From: Malacoraja senta
Lineage: Eukaryota
Length of the DNA: 64,000 bases
Direction of reading: 5' to 3'
Assembly: GCA_038087875.1 (NCBI GenBank)
Contig: CM075982.1
Coordinates: 26,722,001-26,786,000, forward strand
Shown: positions 25,126 through 37,992 of the stretch, piece by piece
Layout of the letters: each line of letters opens with the position of its first letter
How positions within the stretch are numbered: position 1 is the stretch's first letter
Translations under genes and position numbers: made by a program
Notes under the pieces: model-generated
What the model saw: the letters and a program-made list of their open reading frames with translations, nothing else
The model's database searches: none
What the model was told of the DNA's origin: nothing

Positions 25126-25956
25126 TTTGTCTTGTTGGGAGGTACTTCCAGATACTTTGGGAATATTGGAAATAGTATAACTTAAAATGACCACATTTTT
25201 ATATTTGAATTCATGGGGACAAAGAAAAACAATACAAATGTAGAGCAGAGCAATATTTGTTGTTAAAAGTGACATGATATTTTGCATAAGGTTGTGGCTA
25301 AGAGAAATGGCTCCTTCAAGCGCAACTAAAAAGTGACTTACCGTTGTGCCAGTTATGCAAATTAATCTTGTGTTTTTGGCAGGCAGCTTTGCTCCTGGAG
25401 GTCATTAACTGTAAAATACTGACACGTTGAGAACACCTCCCCGAGAAGATGCAGATACTCTCAGGGCAGGGAGTGAGAAAGGGTTAATATTACAGAGGAG
25501 CATCAGTAGCGGAAGATATACTTGGTTTAGTGAGGTGCATTGGTGTGCAGGGTAGATGCTATCTTGCTCATCAGTAGGTGGAATGACAGTACGTATTTGG
25601 ATAAGTATCAACTTTTATGTCTTATGGGTCAGCTAAAAAATATTTGGATGACATTTTTATATTGCCATGTGCACCGCAGAAAAAGGAATAAAATAACTTT
25701 TTAAAAATATATTTGCGCACTTCTTCAGGATAAAGCATATTAACATCAGCTGACTGTGACATCAGAAGTGGGTCATGTAACCAGACTATGAATATAGCTA
25801 TTTGTGCAACGTTGAATAAACTGATCAGTGTTTTAGATTGTAGAATATGGGACGCATCTTCATGGTATTGGGGACACAAGGAACTGCAAATGCTGGAACC
25901 TTGAACAAAGCACAAAGTGCTGGAGGGGCTCAGTGGGTCAGGCAGCATCCTTTTTC

Positions 25957-26255
25957 ATTTAGAGATACAGCATGGAAACATGCCCTTCAGCCACCAAGTC
26001 CACACAACCTCTGTTCAGACCAGTTCTATGTTAGCCCACTGTCTCATCCACTCCCTACGCCAATTAACCTGTAAACCCGCACGCCTTTGGGATGTGAGAG
26101 GAAACCGTAGCACCTGGAGCAAACCCTCCGTCACAGGGTGAACATGCAAACTCCCTACACACACACTGCGCACACACACACACTCCCCCCCCCAAACCCC
26201 AGGGTCGCTGGCACTGTGAAGCGTCAACTCTACCAGCTGTGGCATTGTGCCGCCC
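25957..26255 (-). mobile_element. V-SINE inserted into an older Penelope-like palindrome (~25875-26360)
   Basis: RC SINE consensus with internal (CA)n; Penelope-like arms on both sides. Confidence 0.78.
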
Positions 26256-26431
26256 CATACTTAGTATAAGGGAGGGCTCCCACACAAAGTATCGCCTGTC
26301 CATTCCCTCCACAGATGCTGCCAGACCCAATGAGTTCCTCCAGAACTTCGTGTTTTGCTTTTCATGGTATTGTTCTCTTGAGTTAGCAAAATCAGAATTT
26401 ACCTTTTGACACTGGAATCTCTTTCTTGCAG

Positions 26432-26490
26432 GCAAACAGCCCACAGGATTTAAGGCTCTTCTATGAGAAGAACAAGAGTCTAGTCCCCAA
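26432..26490 (+). CDS. ULK2: ULK2 exon 6 in window
   Basis: ttgcag|GCA...AA|gtgagt; 59 bp; ANSPQDLRLFYEKNKSLVP. Confidence 0.97.
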
Positions 26491-27556
26491 GTGAGTGGGT
26501 GCCTACTTTATCTTTCTTCCTATTATCAATAATGTTAACCCAGGCTTTGGCGAAGGACCATTTCGTTTTTTTCACAAATGTGATTGGAGAACAGTACAAG
26601 TTGCACATCAAAGAATGGGTCTCTATGGAAAATACCAGACAAGCTCTGGATTTTAAGAATGGGACATCGAACAATTTTATGTCATGGTTTTGGAAGAATT
26701 GTCTGCAGATTTGTTTACAGAACTTGAATGAACAAAAAATATTGATCTTGATTTTCCGTCCAGTGGCAAAACAACTCGCTAGCCGACCTCCAGGAATCTT
26801 TCCAACACCGATCTAGCCATCATCGCCCTTTAGAGAAGCTCACCCATTTTGGTGTCTGTTGCTGCAATGATGCAGTTCATCGGTATCCCATCAATGAGCA
26901 AAAAGTTAGCTGGATAACCAGTCATATTGGAAATGCTCAGTGACTCCAATGTTAGCCCACTAATTAACATTATGTTGCTGTTGTTTATCCTTTGATTAAA
27001 CTTTTTAAAACTTGTCAAATTCTTTAACTCCAAGATATTACAGTTTGAAACATCTCCATTGAGCAGGCAGATTGTAAATTCTCCTACCACTCCAGCATTA
27101 TGCCCTAACTTTCATTTAAGTGGCACTCTCCAAACTGCAACATTTGAGTTTTTCCAATGCTTTGCATCTTCCACCTTTGAGATCTTTCTAAGTGATTTTG
27201 TTAATTTGAATCAAATTGTGTGGAGTTCTTTACCACAAACCAGAATTTCCATACTCTACATAAAACTCTTAAATCTGAAGGCAGAAGCTTTGCTATCATC
27301 AGCCTTTATTAATCCATTTAATTGGAGAACGCTAATCAGGTGCTGATGTCCTTTCTAAAATGGAGAGAAAGGATATTTTGACTGACTGAGAGATTAACCA
27401 ATAATTGTTGCGTAGGTATAGCTCGTGGTGACCCTTAGAACATTAATTTGCCCCACTGTTATATTAAAGTGTCCACGTACTTAATTTTTTTACTTTCTGG
27501 TCTGGAATAATTTATTTTTGTTTTCAATTGGTGATGTTGATTCATTTCTCAAACAG

Positions 27557-27639
27557 CATCCCCGGTGAAACTTCTGCTCATCTGGGTGGGCTACTACTCA
27601 ATTTGCTTCAGAGAAACCAGAAGGACAGAATGGATTTTG
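27557..27639 (+). CDS. ULK2: ULK2 exon 7 in window
   Basis: aacag|C...TTTG|gtgagt; 83 bp; [27 protein letters not shown]. Confidence 0.97.
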
Positions 27640-28937
27640 GTGAGTTGTTAGTTTTTTTTTAACTCATCTGTTATTATAGCTACAGTGTTGTAGGTTCAGC
27701 GGATGTCAATTCAACCTGTATGTTTCTGTATTTTGCCCTTGGATCTTCAGTTGTTAAACCTACCTGCTTGGCATGACTTGACTTCAGGTCATCTGGTATG
27801 AAGTCCTTTTTCAAGAACTTCAAGTCAAGAATATTTTCATATGCACAAGTATTTTGAAGCACAGATACAGTGAAAACCTTGCTTGCAACTGCATATAGAA
27901 TCTCAAAATATTTCACTGGTCACTCCTGTGCTCTCTGGATCAATGCTGCCCTTCTGTCCATTGATATCTTCATTTTAACATTATTGACTTTGTTTTCCAA
28001 CTCCTTGACCTTAAACCTCCTCCAACTTTACAATCCTCCAAGGTCTTTATGGTCCCGCAATTCTGGGCTTGTGCACCTTCCATTGTCTTCACTTGATCAT
28101 GGAGACCATGCTTTCAGCTGTCTGAACTACATGATCTGGAATCTCCTTCCTAAACCTCTCAGCTTCTCCAACCTCTTGAAGAGTTTAAAGGTCACATTGG
28201 ATCAAACTTTGTTATCAACCAGTTTTAACTTGGGAAAGCCTCTGAAGGCATTCCAAAGCAACACTATGGAGTAAAGTTTGACATCAAACCACATTTTGGG
28301 ACAGGTAACAAAAAAGTTGGTCAATGGGTAGTTGTTGAGGAGCATCTTAAAGTAGGAGTGGCTTGATTTTTTTGTAATGTTAAAATTGCTACATAAAAGT
28401 TAGCACCTATTTTGTAACGTACTGACAAATTAGTTTATATGCCATCATTATGATTTACATAATTATTGAGAAGAAACAGATTTTCACCCACATCCATAGA
28501 TTTTTTTGTGGTCTTGGGTTGGGATAAGTCCCATCAGGACCCTTACTGCATGCATGTTAACTTGTATGCAGGCACATTTAGGCCATGCATAGTGAGAACC
28601 CACCTGCATGAATAACGGTGCTTTCTTTGAGAATTCTGCCTACCAGTATCAGAGCTCATATATTCTTAATTGAAATTAACTTGGTAGTTAAAATGGAAGT
28701 TCTTACAATTTCTATATAGGAAAAAATAATTTTAAACTTCATTCTTTAATCCTTTCCAATTTCATTGGAAAGTAAATATTTTTGCAGCACCCTTTTGCCA
28801 AATGTTTAAGAACTCATTTATTGTTTGCAGCATTTATTCACTGAAATCTGCTCACAAGAATGGGAGAGTATTGTAAACTTCCAGAATTACAGAACTTCAA
28901 AGAAGAAACATTGACAAACTTTTGTTTTGTTTTGTAG

Positions 28938-28988
28938 AAATGTTCTTTAACCATCCTTTCATGGATCAGGCATCATCGGTGAAAAAAT
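28938..28988 (+). CDS. ULK2: ULK2 exon 8 in window, end of kinase domain
   Basis: ttgtag|AA...AAAT|gtaagt; 51 bp; EMFFNHPFMDQASSVKK. Confidence 0.95.
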
Positions 28989-31244
28989 GTAAGTCTTACT
29001 TTATTTATCAAAGTTTGTAAGCAGCTTTTACTATAATCTTGAAAAGTAATCACTGTTCTGACACCTTTGGTCACAAAGGGCAGATAACATCACAGCTAAA
29101 TGCTAAATTTCATTTCACAATAAAGAATGACCTGTGCTTCTTTCATTTAGTTTAATGAAAATTAGTGCACTGTATCGATTGAACTTTGTATCTCAGTCTG
29201 AAATGGCTATTTATCCCAGATCACATTACCCTTCAACCTTCTTATCTGATTTATATCCAAATTCTTAGAATATATGTTGTGACCTTGTACCTCCGGCATT
29301 GCTGCTTCATCTACCACAATCAATAGCAATCATTCAAAAGCAGTGACCTTATCTTGATACTGACCTGGGTGTTCTGTGAGAGGCTCTCTTTGGATTGAGG
29401 AAGTGGGGGGTGGTTGGTTGGATGATAAGATCGGATATAGATTAAATATACTGATGGTGACAATCTGAGATTCACCATAGTTTACATCTAATTGTATGAG
29501 AGATTAATCAAGTATAATATTTCAGGCTTTTGCCAGTTTTTCATTGGTGTTTAATTATATTTATTTGTTTTTCTCTTGGCTCACATTGTGCAATTCACTG
29601 GCTCAGGTTTAACTAAACTTTGTGTTTTCAGCCAATAAAATTGGAGCCGTTGATTTGGTCACTTCATGAATGGAAGTTGGTTAGAGTAGTTTAGTTTAGT
29701 ATTGTCATGTGTACTGTGTGCAGTGAAAAGCTTTTGTTTGCCTGCTGTCCAGTCAAGGAAAAGACTACACATGATTACAATCAAGTTGTCCTCAGTGCAC
29801 AGATAAAGGATAAAGTGTACAACATTTAGTGCAAGAAAATGTCTGATTAAAGATAGTTCAAAAGTTAATGCTGCTGTTGAAATAAAGATTTGAAAGAGTG
29901 GAACGATTGTAATGGATAATAGCAGAACCTCTTCTGGCGAGCAAAGAGTTTGCCACGCTCCAGCTTGGTTAAGCTTTGAAGCCCTAAACCGTATTAAACT
30001 CAGAAGTTACTGGCCTGATGAGAACTTGGATAATCAACCAGTACCTGAAGCTAGACGCATAAAGCTGGAGTAACTCAGCGGGACAGGCAGCATCTCTGGA
30101 GAGAAGGAATGGGTGACATTTCGGGTCGAGGCCCTTCATCAAACTTCCAATACCTGTAGCTCTCCTGGCGGGCCGAGGGCGGCGAGGTGGCTTCCCGGCA
30201 AGCTGCAGCTTTATCGAAACAGCAAGCCTGGCTTGTCAGCCACGGAACCAGGAACCCGGACAGGGAAGCCCAGTGAGTCCCTTGAAGACCGTGAATCGGA
30301 GAGAAGGATGGAGGGAATCGGCGACAGCGGCGGACACTGGACGGAAGGCCCGGTAAGAAGAACCGGGGACTCCCACAATCCGCACCCTCGAGGTCGGCTG
30401 CAGGAAGCACTCCCTGGTGAACAATGGCTGAAGAGGGAGGACGATTCATAGGACGACTTGAATGGAGGCGACGGCTGCAATGGGCCTTTGTGGCCAGCTG
30501 CAGCTGGGACTGTAAAATGGCAACACTTGCATATAGAATCTGGGTTGTTCTGTACATTCTGTACTAACCGGGAGACTGTGCTTACAGTCTTGCTGATCTA
30601 TCTGCAAAAAAAGTATTTCACTGTACCTTGGTGCATGTGATAATGAAGAAACCATTGAACCACTAGTGGAAGGAACTGGAAGAGTAAATCTCGTACCGCC
30701 CTGAATGCTGCTTCCGCCTGACCTGCTGTGTTCCTCTAGCACTTTGTATTATGTTTGAGTAATCTTTTCTATAGCCTGGAGAAGTTAATCAAATGCTCAA
30801 ACTATAGCTTCTGCTACTAATATTAATTAGCATTCTAACTTTGTTAAAGTAGATGCAAGATTATCAAATCCGATAATTAAATGAGAGAGAAAGAAGGTAG
30901 CAAAGGGCTTATTTCACAATTACTTTCACTTTCATGATTAGCGTGATGGTCTATTGTTACAGAGAAAAATATCGGTCAGTTGTTATCCTCCAGCTACTCT
31001 CAATTTTATTCATACCTCTTTAATTCCTTGTAAGTGACTTCAAAGGAAATAGAAGCTTTATATAATGGAAATTGTCTTTGCTCTGTCAGGATTGTCCATT
31101 TATCTTGCCCTGCTGAAGTTAGGGTGCAGTTGAATAATGTGTGTGCTTCAAATCCATTTGATCAATTAAATTAGATATTCACATGCAGAGCTGTAATAGA
31201 ATATAGTACTTGCATCTAATGGATTTGGATGATTCTATCTCCAG

Positions 31245-31339
31245 CGTGTCCTGTCCCTGTTCCTGTGCCCACGTGCCCTGGTTCCGTGTCTGGTAGTTCT
31301 TGTGGCAGCTCTCCATCTTGTCATTTTGCCTCTCCTCCA
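31245..31339 (+). CDS. ULK2: ULK2 exon 9 in window
   Basis: ctccag|CG...CCA|gtaagt; 95 bp; [32 protein letters not shown]. Confidence 0.96.
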
Positions 31340-31879
31340 GTAAGTAGCTTTATTTATTGATGCGTTATTCCCCCAAGATCCTATCTGACGAACATTTTGT
31401 CATTAATGTCAAACGATAAATTAATCTGACCTCGTCGTACTTCATTAAGCGAACCATTCGAAACAATGTAAGTGTTACTGGCTTTCGTGCACAATTAATT
31501 CTAACAAAGCAAGATTGATGTTTATTTCAGTTTAAAATAAAATCACTACTTAATCCTCGGGGAATACAAAATCTCCATTGAATAGTGATATTTAACAAAT
31601 GATTAACTTTAAGTTGCAGAATCAAAAATTGAACCAGGCTACAAGACAATAATTAGTTCGGCAATAACTTTTGTAGCCCACCAAAATGTAATACCACTTT
31701 TTGGCAAAATTAATTTATGATCTAGCTAAATTTAATTTATTTTTAAAAGAAATGAAATTAAATTACAAGTTGTGACACTGTGAATTCAAACTTTACTAGA
31801 ACGAACAAGAGAGGGTCTGTTATTGGTGTTCCATTAAGCAACCACAAGCAAATTGGTCACACCATGTGGTATCATAAAA

Positions 31880-32440
31880 CAACATAGAACAGTCCAGCAC
31901 AAGAACAGTCCCTTCAGTCCACAATGTCTGTGCCGAACATGATGCCAAGGCCAACTCTTATCTACTTGCACATTATCCATATCTCTCCATTCCCTGTGTA
32001 TACTTATGCCTATCCAAAAGGCTCTAAAATGTCTTATCTGCCTTAATCACCACCGCAGTGCATTTCAGGCACTCACCACCCACTGTGTTAAAAAAAAAAC
32101 TAAAAAAAACTTGTCCTGCACTTATCCTTTAAACTTTGCCATTTTCATCTTAAAGCTATGTCCTCTTTTGATTTTTCCATCCTCGGGGGGAGGTTCTAAC
32201 TATCTATGCCACTCATAATTTTATATACTTCAATCTGGTGTCCCAGCAATCTCCATTTGTTCCATAGAAAACAATCCAAGTCTGTCCAACCTCTCCGTAG
32301 CTAATACACCCCCTCCCCATCCAGGTATCATTCTGGTAAAACTCCTCTGCACCCTTTGCAAAGGCTCCACATGCTTCCTGTAATGGGGTAACCAGAACTG
32401 CATGCAATATTCCAAAAGTGACCTAACCAAAGTCCTTTAA
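31880..32440 (-). mobile_element. CR1 LINE 3' fragment
   Basis: Minus-strand VRSLLEYCMQFWLPHYRK..LQRVQRSFTRMIPG. Confidence 0.85.
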
Positions 32441-33145
32441 AACCTCATTCCTTTCTTTAATGCCAGCTGTGTCTGCAAGTTTAGCTACGTGTTTGAACGA
32501 CAGAGTTATGACAATTCTACTCACAAATCTAAATTCTGAGCTGGATACATAATCTTCCCATTCACTTTGATATAGTTCATTCCAATTAAAGTCAGATCTA
32601 TACAGCACGGAAACACAATCTTTGTCCCAATATGTCCATGTCGACCAAGTTGCTTAACCTAGCTACTCCCACTTGCCCGAGTCTTAAATGTTACTGCTTA
32701 ATGGCTGTTAATCTTTTATAGTTTAAATGAATATTTATATCCAAAGCTGGCATATTGCATAGTCACATGTGTTATGTGACATAGTGTTCAACTCTTTAGA
32801 TCAGGTGGAGGCAAATTAAAAGCAAATACTATCTTCAATAATAGAATTTTTCAAACATTCTTGAGTGTGTTGGTGTCTTGCGGTAACCTTGAATATGCCT
32901 CATCTTTCAAGGATTGCCCCAATATTGGATTATACTGCTGTGAGCAGAGAAATTATAAACAAGATACACTAATCAAATGTTGCTGCATGTTTTATACTGT
33001 GATCTAAATATGCAACTAATCAACAAAAGATAATGGACAAAAGTTAAGATCCAAATTCGTTTTTTGCCCAAAAAGAAACTTTGCAGAATAGCTGAAATGT
33101 TATGAGTGGGATTTCATGATTGTAAGGTTAATATCTTGTAACTTT

Positions 33146-33162
33146 CCCCCCCCCCCCCCCCC
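33146..33162 (+). repeat. C17 homopolymer forming the acceptor pyrimidine tract
   Basis: ACTTT(C)17TTCAG directly before exon 33168. Confidence 0.9.
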
Positions 33163-33167
33163 TTCAG

Positions 33168-33339
33168 TCATTACCTGACATGCAACGGATACAGGAGGAC
33201 ACTTTGTCTTCCCCACCTTTGGGTCCTCCGAACTATCTGCAGGTTTCCAAAGATTCTGCAAGTAGTGGCAGCAAGAACTCTTCGTGTGACACGGATGACT
33301 TTGTTCTTGTTCCACATAGCATCTCTTCTGATCAGTCAT
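33168..33339 (+). CDS. ULK2: ULK2 exon 10 in window, contains LIR motif DDFVLV
   Basis: ttcag|TCA...CAT|gtaagc; 172 bp; [30 protein letters not shown]...[10 protein letters not shown] is ULK2-type, not ULK1-type. Confidence 0.98.
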
Positions 33340-33850
33340 GTAAGCAACTACTCTTCATTTTGTTGGTTTTGTTTCATTCGTTTCAAATCTTTAGAGACGA
33401 GGAGGGAAAACTAAGAATCCTCGAGCAGGTTGACTGCACTTCTGTTCATACTTTTTGTTTTTTGTCCTCGGATCCTTTTACAAATCTATTTTGCATTCAA
33501 GGCTAAAATGCATTGCTGCATTGAATTTAAAATGCTTTATTCTAACGAGTCAGAATGTCCAAAATAGAGATCTTGCACTTGAATATTCAAATAATTCCCT
33601 GCACACACAAAGTCTACCATTACTATAAATATATTGAATATCTTCATATTTGCATTCATTTTTCTGCAACGATTCGCCTCCTCCTTGCCCTTTCTGAATT
33701 TGCCATGGGTCATTTGTGCAAGGACTGAATACGTCAAATGTTTTAAAATTCTGTAGGATTTCAATATTTTTATCAATTGGATTTGAGGATGCCATTCAAT
33801 TATTTGAGCATTTGGTTTTAAGGTAACTAAAATAATCCAAATTGTGATTT

Positions 33851-34045
33851 CATGTTGAAAAATCTTCACGAGTCTTCCCGTGCTTACCTGCCGTTAGCGA
33901 GTCTTCCCGAGTACCTGCCGTCAGCGCTAAGCGACGTCCCTGAGCTCCGACGTATCCGCTACGTTCATTCTCCATGCTTACCACGAGTTTGATTTTTTTT
34001 TTAACTCGGGAGAACTCTTGGAATGAACTCGTACCGTGGGACGGG
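33851..34045. mobile_element. One-ended fragment of a Harbinger-like MITE
   Basis: CpG-rich subrepeats CGAGTCTTCCCG; ends GTGGGACGGG like the TIR at 52385-52401. Confidence 0.55.
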
Positions 34046-35117
34046 TTAAAGTAATTTTTTAGAGTCTATGTAACAGTCCCAGTAACTTAGAATCCACTGA
34101 TAATAAAGTTGATTTTTTTGTTGACTCCTAGGATTTAGGTATTCCTTGCCTTGCTCCCATGTGTGATTTAATAGAAAAGAATACTAAACACAATTTGAAA
34201 GCAGCTTTTAACTTTAGGCATCAATGTGAGCATTAGACATGTTGAATATTTGCTTTAACTATTTAAGGGATCCCAGTTCCTCACAACTACTGAAGTTCTT
34301 TTACGAGGCAGTGATTGTACTGCAGATGTTCCTGTGGTTCACATACAGGTTCTTGCAAACAGTAATAATCTGTTATATTAATACAATCATAGAGGTAAAA
34401 TAACCTGGGTTAGTGGGAGAACTCACAGCTCTCTATATAGTTCCATGGGATCTTCTGTGTTTATTTGGAAAGACAGAAAGGAATTTGGTTGAGTAATTGA
34501 GAGATGGCATCTCAAGCAATACTATACTCTCTTGGCACTGCACAGCACAGGTTTCATATTGACCTTTTATCCACACAGATAAGCAAGAGGTCAACTATTG
34601 ATCTCAAGTTGACATTGAAAGGGAAAGTTAGTATTTAAAATATTACAGAGAACTGAATTCACTAAATTTATGGCTAAGTCTAAAGTGGTTCAATTAAGAA
34701 TCTGGCCAAGAGTGTTTAATTGTCCTATGTATCAAAATGGAACATTGAAATTATTTCTTACAACAGCACAACTGGTTTGTAAACACATACTCAATAGATA
34801 ACATAATAAACAGGCCAAAAGTTTGAAAGTTTATTATTTTTTTACTAGTTCCTAATTAATTATGTGCACAATATATATTACAAAAGTTTCTTCCCTAACA
34901 ACCATTGTTTATGTAGGATAAATACAGGATCAGAAAATATATTTAGATTGTTGACACAATTGCATCATCCTTTTCCAAATCCAACTTCCTTCAAGAGCTA
35001 TGGCACTCATTTGAAGCAATATTTGTAACTATTTCGATTATCTTAACCAGTTTGTGTTTATTGGAAAGGTTTTTGGTGTTCCCAACAAAGTTCAATCTGT
35101 TTTAAAACTTTGTACAG

Positions 35118-35178
35118 ATGACATGCCATTGGGAACGGTGGGCAGACGAGCTTCCAGTGAATTTTTGATGTGTGGCGG
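35118..35178 (+). CDS. ULK2: ULK2 exon 11 in window
   Basis: tacag|AT...GG|gtgcgt; 61 bp; YDMPLGTVGRRASSEFLMCG (human DMPVGTAGRRASNEFLVCG). Confidence 0.95.
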
Positions 35179-37235
35179 GTGCGTATAAATTTTTATATTT
35201 TATACTTTAGCATTGTTGTATAGAGGGAGGAAAAACTTGCAGTAATACTTCATCATTAGAACATGAAGAAAAACTAACTTCAGGGACATGTCCTGTTTGT
35301 TTTAGAATGAAATTTATTATCAATTGAAGTAAATTAAGTTGGTGTCACTTAAATAGTGACTGCTTTAAGGCTGACAGTGACCATGTTCAAAATTTATAAT
35401 GCTCGAACAAGTCTGTGGGCAAGAATTTGTCCATCCTTCATAAATCAGAGCTTGTTTGGTTTTCTTTTCCCCCCCCCAAGGAGATGGTACCAGGAATTTA
35501 AGTCTAGAAAGTAGAAACAAGGAACTACAGGGCTTTTTTTTTTTTTAAGGACACAAAGTGCTGGTGTAACTCAGCGGGTCGGGCAGCATCTCTGGAGAAT
35601 GTGGATAGGTGACATTTCGGGTCGGGGCACTCCTTCCTGATCAGAAACGTCACCTATCCATGTTCTCCAGAGATGCTGCCTTTTAAAAAAAAAAAGTAGA
35701 AGATATTCCTAACAATAAAATTCCAAGAGCCCTATTGTTTTTCCCTTTTGGCTGTTATAACAAAAATATTAGCCTAATTACAACGTATGCATGTTCAATG
35801 ACATTATGCAACTGGGTGCATTAATAATTAATTCATAATTAATGGTCCATTAATAATTCTAGCAATTTCAGAACTTTACGTTACCAATTCAGATTCGGGT
35901 GGAGGAGAAGGGAGGATGGTGGTTATGGGGAGAATAATGTTCGTGTGTCCTGTGTCAGATGAGTCGGTGGACTTTTTTTTAAATCTTGGATTTTGTTTCT
36001 TGGTGTTCAGTGTCTAACTTCAAAATAAATCTGTACCTAAACAAAATGTATCTATATCAGACTGTTTGAAAGCCATTTCACAGAGTATTTGCTATGAAGA
36101 TACTGCAGCTTTATTGACTATTTTGGGGAGCGAGCATCATTGAATATGCAATGTCTTGTGTAACTGTGACAATGGGGATCATCAGGCATGTGGAACAGTC
36201 AGGGTCTTGTGTTCAGACATGATTAAATTTGGACATGATTTCCTGACATTTGGGTGAGGTACATTTAATTACTCCAGGTAATACAAGCTTAGAGGGTGGG
36301 AAATGAAAGTAGTTTACCTTGCCTTAATGCAAGCATATCTCATGTTAGCTTGTATGATGCAACATGTGTTGCTTGTGTGAACTATGCTGGACATGTCTAG
36401 ACATATTCATTAACAATATTGATTTCCTTAAGTAACTCCTTTTTTTTGCAAACTCCTGCAAATAGTAGAAGGCAGCATTAGATGAGTGCTTGATCAACTT
36501 ACATTTATATGGTAAATCAGTGAAAACATCCCAAGGTTCTGAAGAGCATTATCATTTTTTTTAAATGATGCAATTCAAGATGTCATTAGGGCAGATGTCT
36601 AGGTGCTTGATGGAAAAAAAGTAGATTTTATATTTGAAGATGTAAAGGAAAGGGGGAGATGGGCTTTGGTGGCAATTCCTTTGCTGAGACCCTTTGCAGT
36701 TGAAGGCATAGTCCCTCACCATGGGACAGTTTATATTGGTATAGTCAAGATGGAGGGCACAGGTATTTCAGAGGATTGCTTGTTTATAAAAATTGAACAT
36801 TTAATGTATTTTGGGGAGAAGAGTGATGATGACAAAGTGGGGGTTACAGCAGTACCCGAGGAGAAAAACAGTAAAAAGTTGAAAACAAAGAACTGCGGGT
36901 GCTGGTTTATACCAAAGATAGACACAAAGTGCTGAAGTAACTCAACATCAGACAACATCTCTGCAGAACATGGCTAGGTGATGTTTTGTTTTACAGACTG
37001 GAGGAAATGTTGGTGGTTTATTGGGAATAGAGTAGAGGGACATGGAGGTGGTTCTTCTGGACTGATGAGTTTGCAGAGAGCATGAGGAGAGAGGGGGAGA
37101 AACTGGAGAAACGTGTATGTTTGAGACTAGGGCAAGATTAACTTGTTTAACCTGTTAAGCTAGAAGTGTCTTTGACACCTTTTCAAATAGCCTCTTGATG
37201 GAGATGCCTGGAGAGGAATGAAGGAACCTGTTTGC

Positions 37236-37473
37236 AGTTACAATACAACAATACAATACCATTTATTGTCATTTGAACCTCAAATGAGGTTCAAACGAAA
37301 TTTGGTTTCTGCAGTCATACAGACAAGTAAAAAGAACCAAGACACAACACAATTTACACAAACATCCATCACGGCGAATCTCCTCCTCGCTGTGATGGAA
37401 GGCAAAGTCTTATCTCTCCCCTGCACTCCCCATTCTCCTCCCGATGTCAGAGTCAGAGCCCCCGGCGGGCGAG
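37236..37473 (-). mobile_element. LINE/SINE 3' tail (Rex/Babar-like); second copy at ~52894-53012
   Basis: (CAATA)n-TTTATTGTCA RC tail with hairpin TTTGAACCTCA-AA-TGAGGTTCAAA; shared with the ~52894 copy. Confidence 0.6.
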
Positions 37474-37899
37474 TTGAAAAAAGAGTGTGTGCTCACATCC
37501 AAGGTAACCCTTAAATAGTGGGCAGTTCTTTCTGTACTCTTCCAATAATTTAACTACTATCGACCCAAATTATAATGTGTATCTATTTTTTAATAAATAT
37601 TTAATATTTGATACCTGAGATTGACCAACCCACAAAAATACATTATTTCCCAAAATTCACCTCCCTTCACATGACTCATAAAATAAAAAGTAAATTGGTG
37701 GAAAAATAAAAATCAATGTTACTTCCTCCAGGTACTGTCTAGAATCCCGAGGAAAATTATGCCACGTATTAGAATTCAGTCAGCTAAACGAGGGGGTGTT
37801 GGGTTGGAAAGACTCCTGAAGTTATGGTGAATTAATTATCAGATTCAAAATAGCAAAGTAAATACGTACTCTGATTTTGTTTCTTCACAAACCTGTTAG

Positions 37900-37992
37900 G
37901 CAGTCACCTTTAACCTCTTCAGGGGGCTCAGTAGCACTGCAGAGACCTTCCTCAGCCTCATCCAGGTCCAGCTCTTCTAGCTCAGCCAACAG
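37900..37992 (+). CDS. ULK2: Predicted extra symmetric Ser-rich ULK2 exon (12th in window)
   Basis: pyrimidine tract + gttag|G...AG|gtagga; 93 bp, phase 2-2, open in the ULK2 frame: QSPLTSSGGSVALQRPSSASSRSSSSSSAN. Confidence 0.72.

Noticed and set aside
30075-30557. 160-aa ORF and overlapping ORFs
   Set aside because: Low-information GC-rich repeat sequence running into a Penelope-like arm; no recognisable domain.
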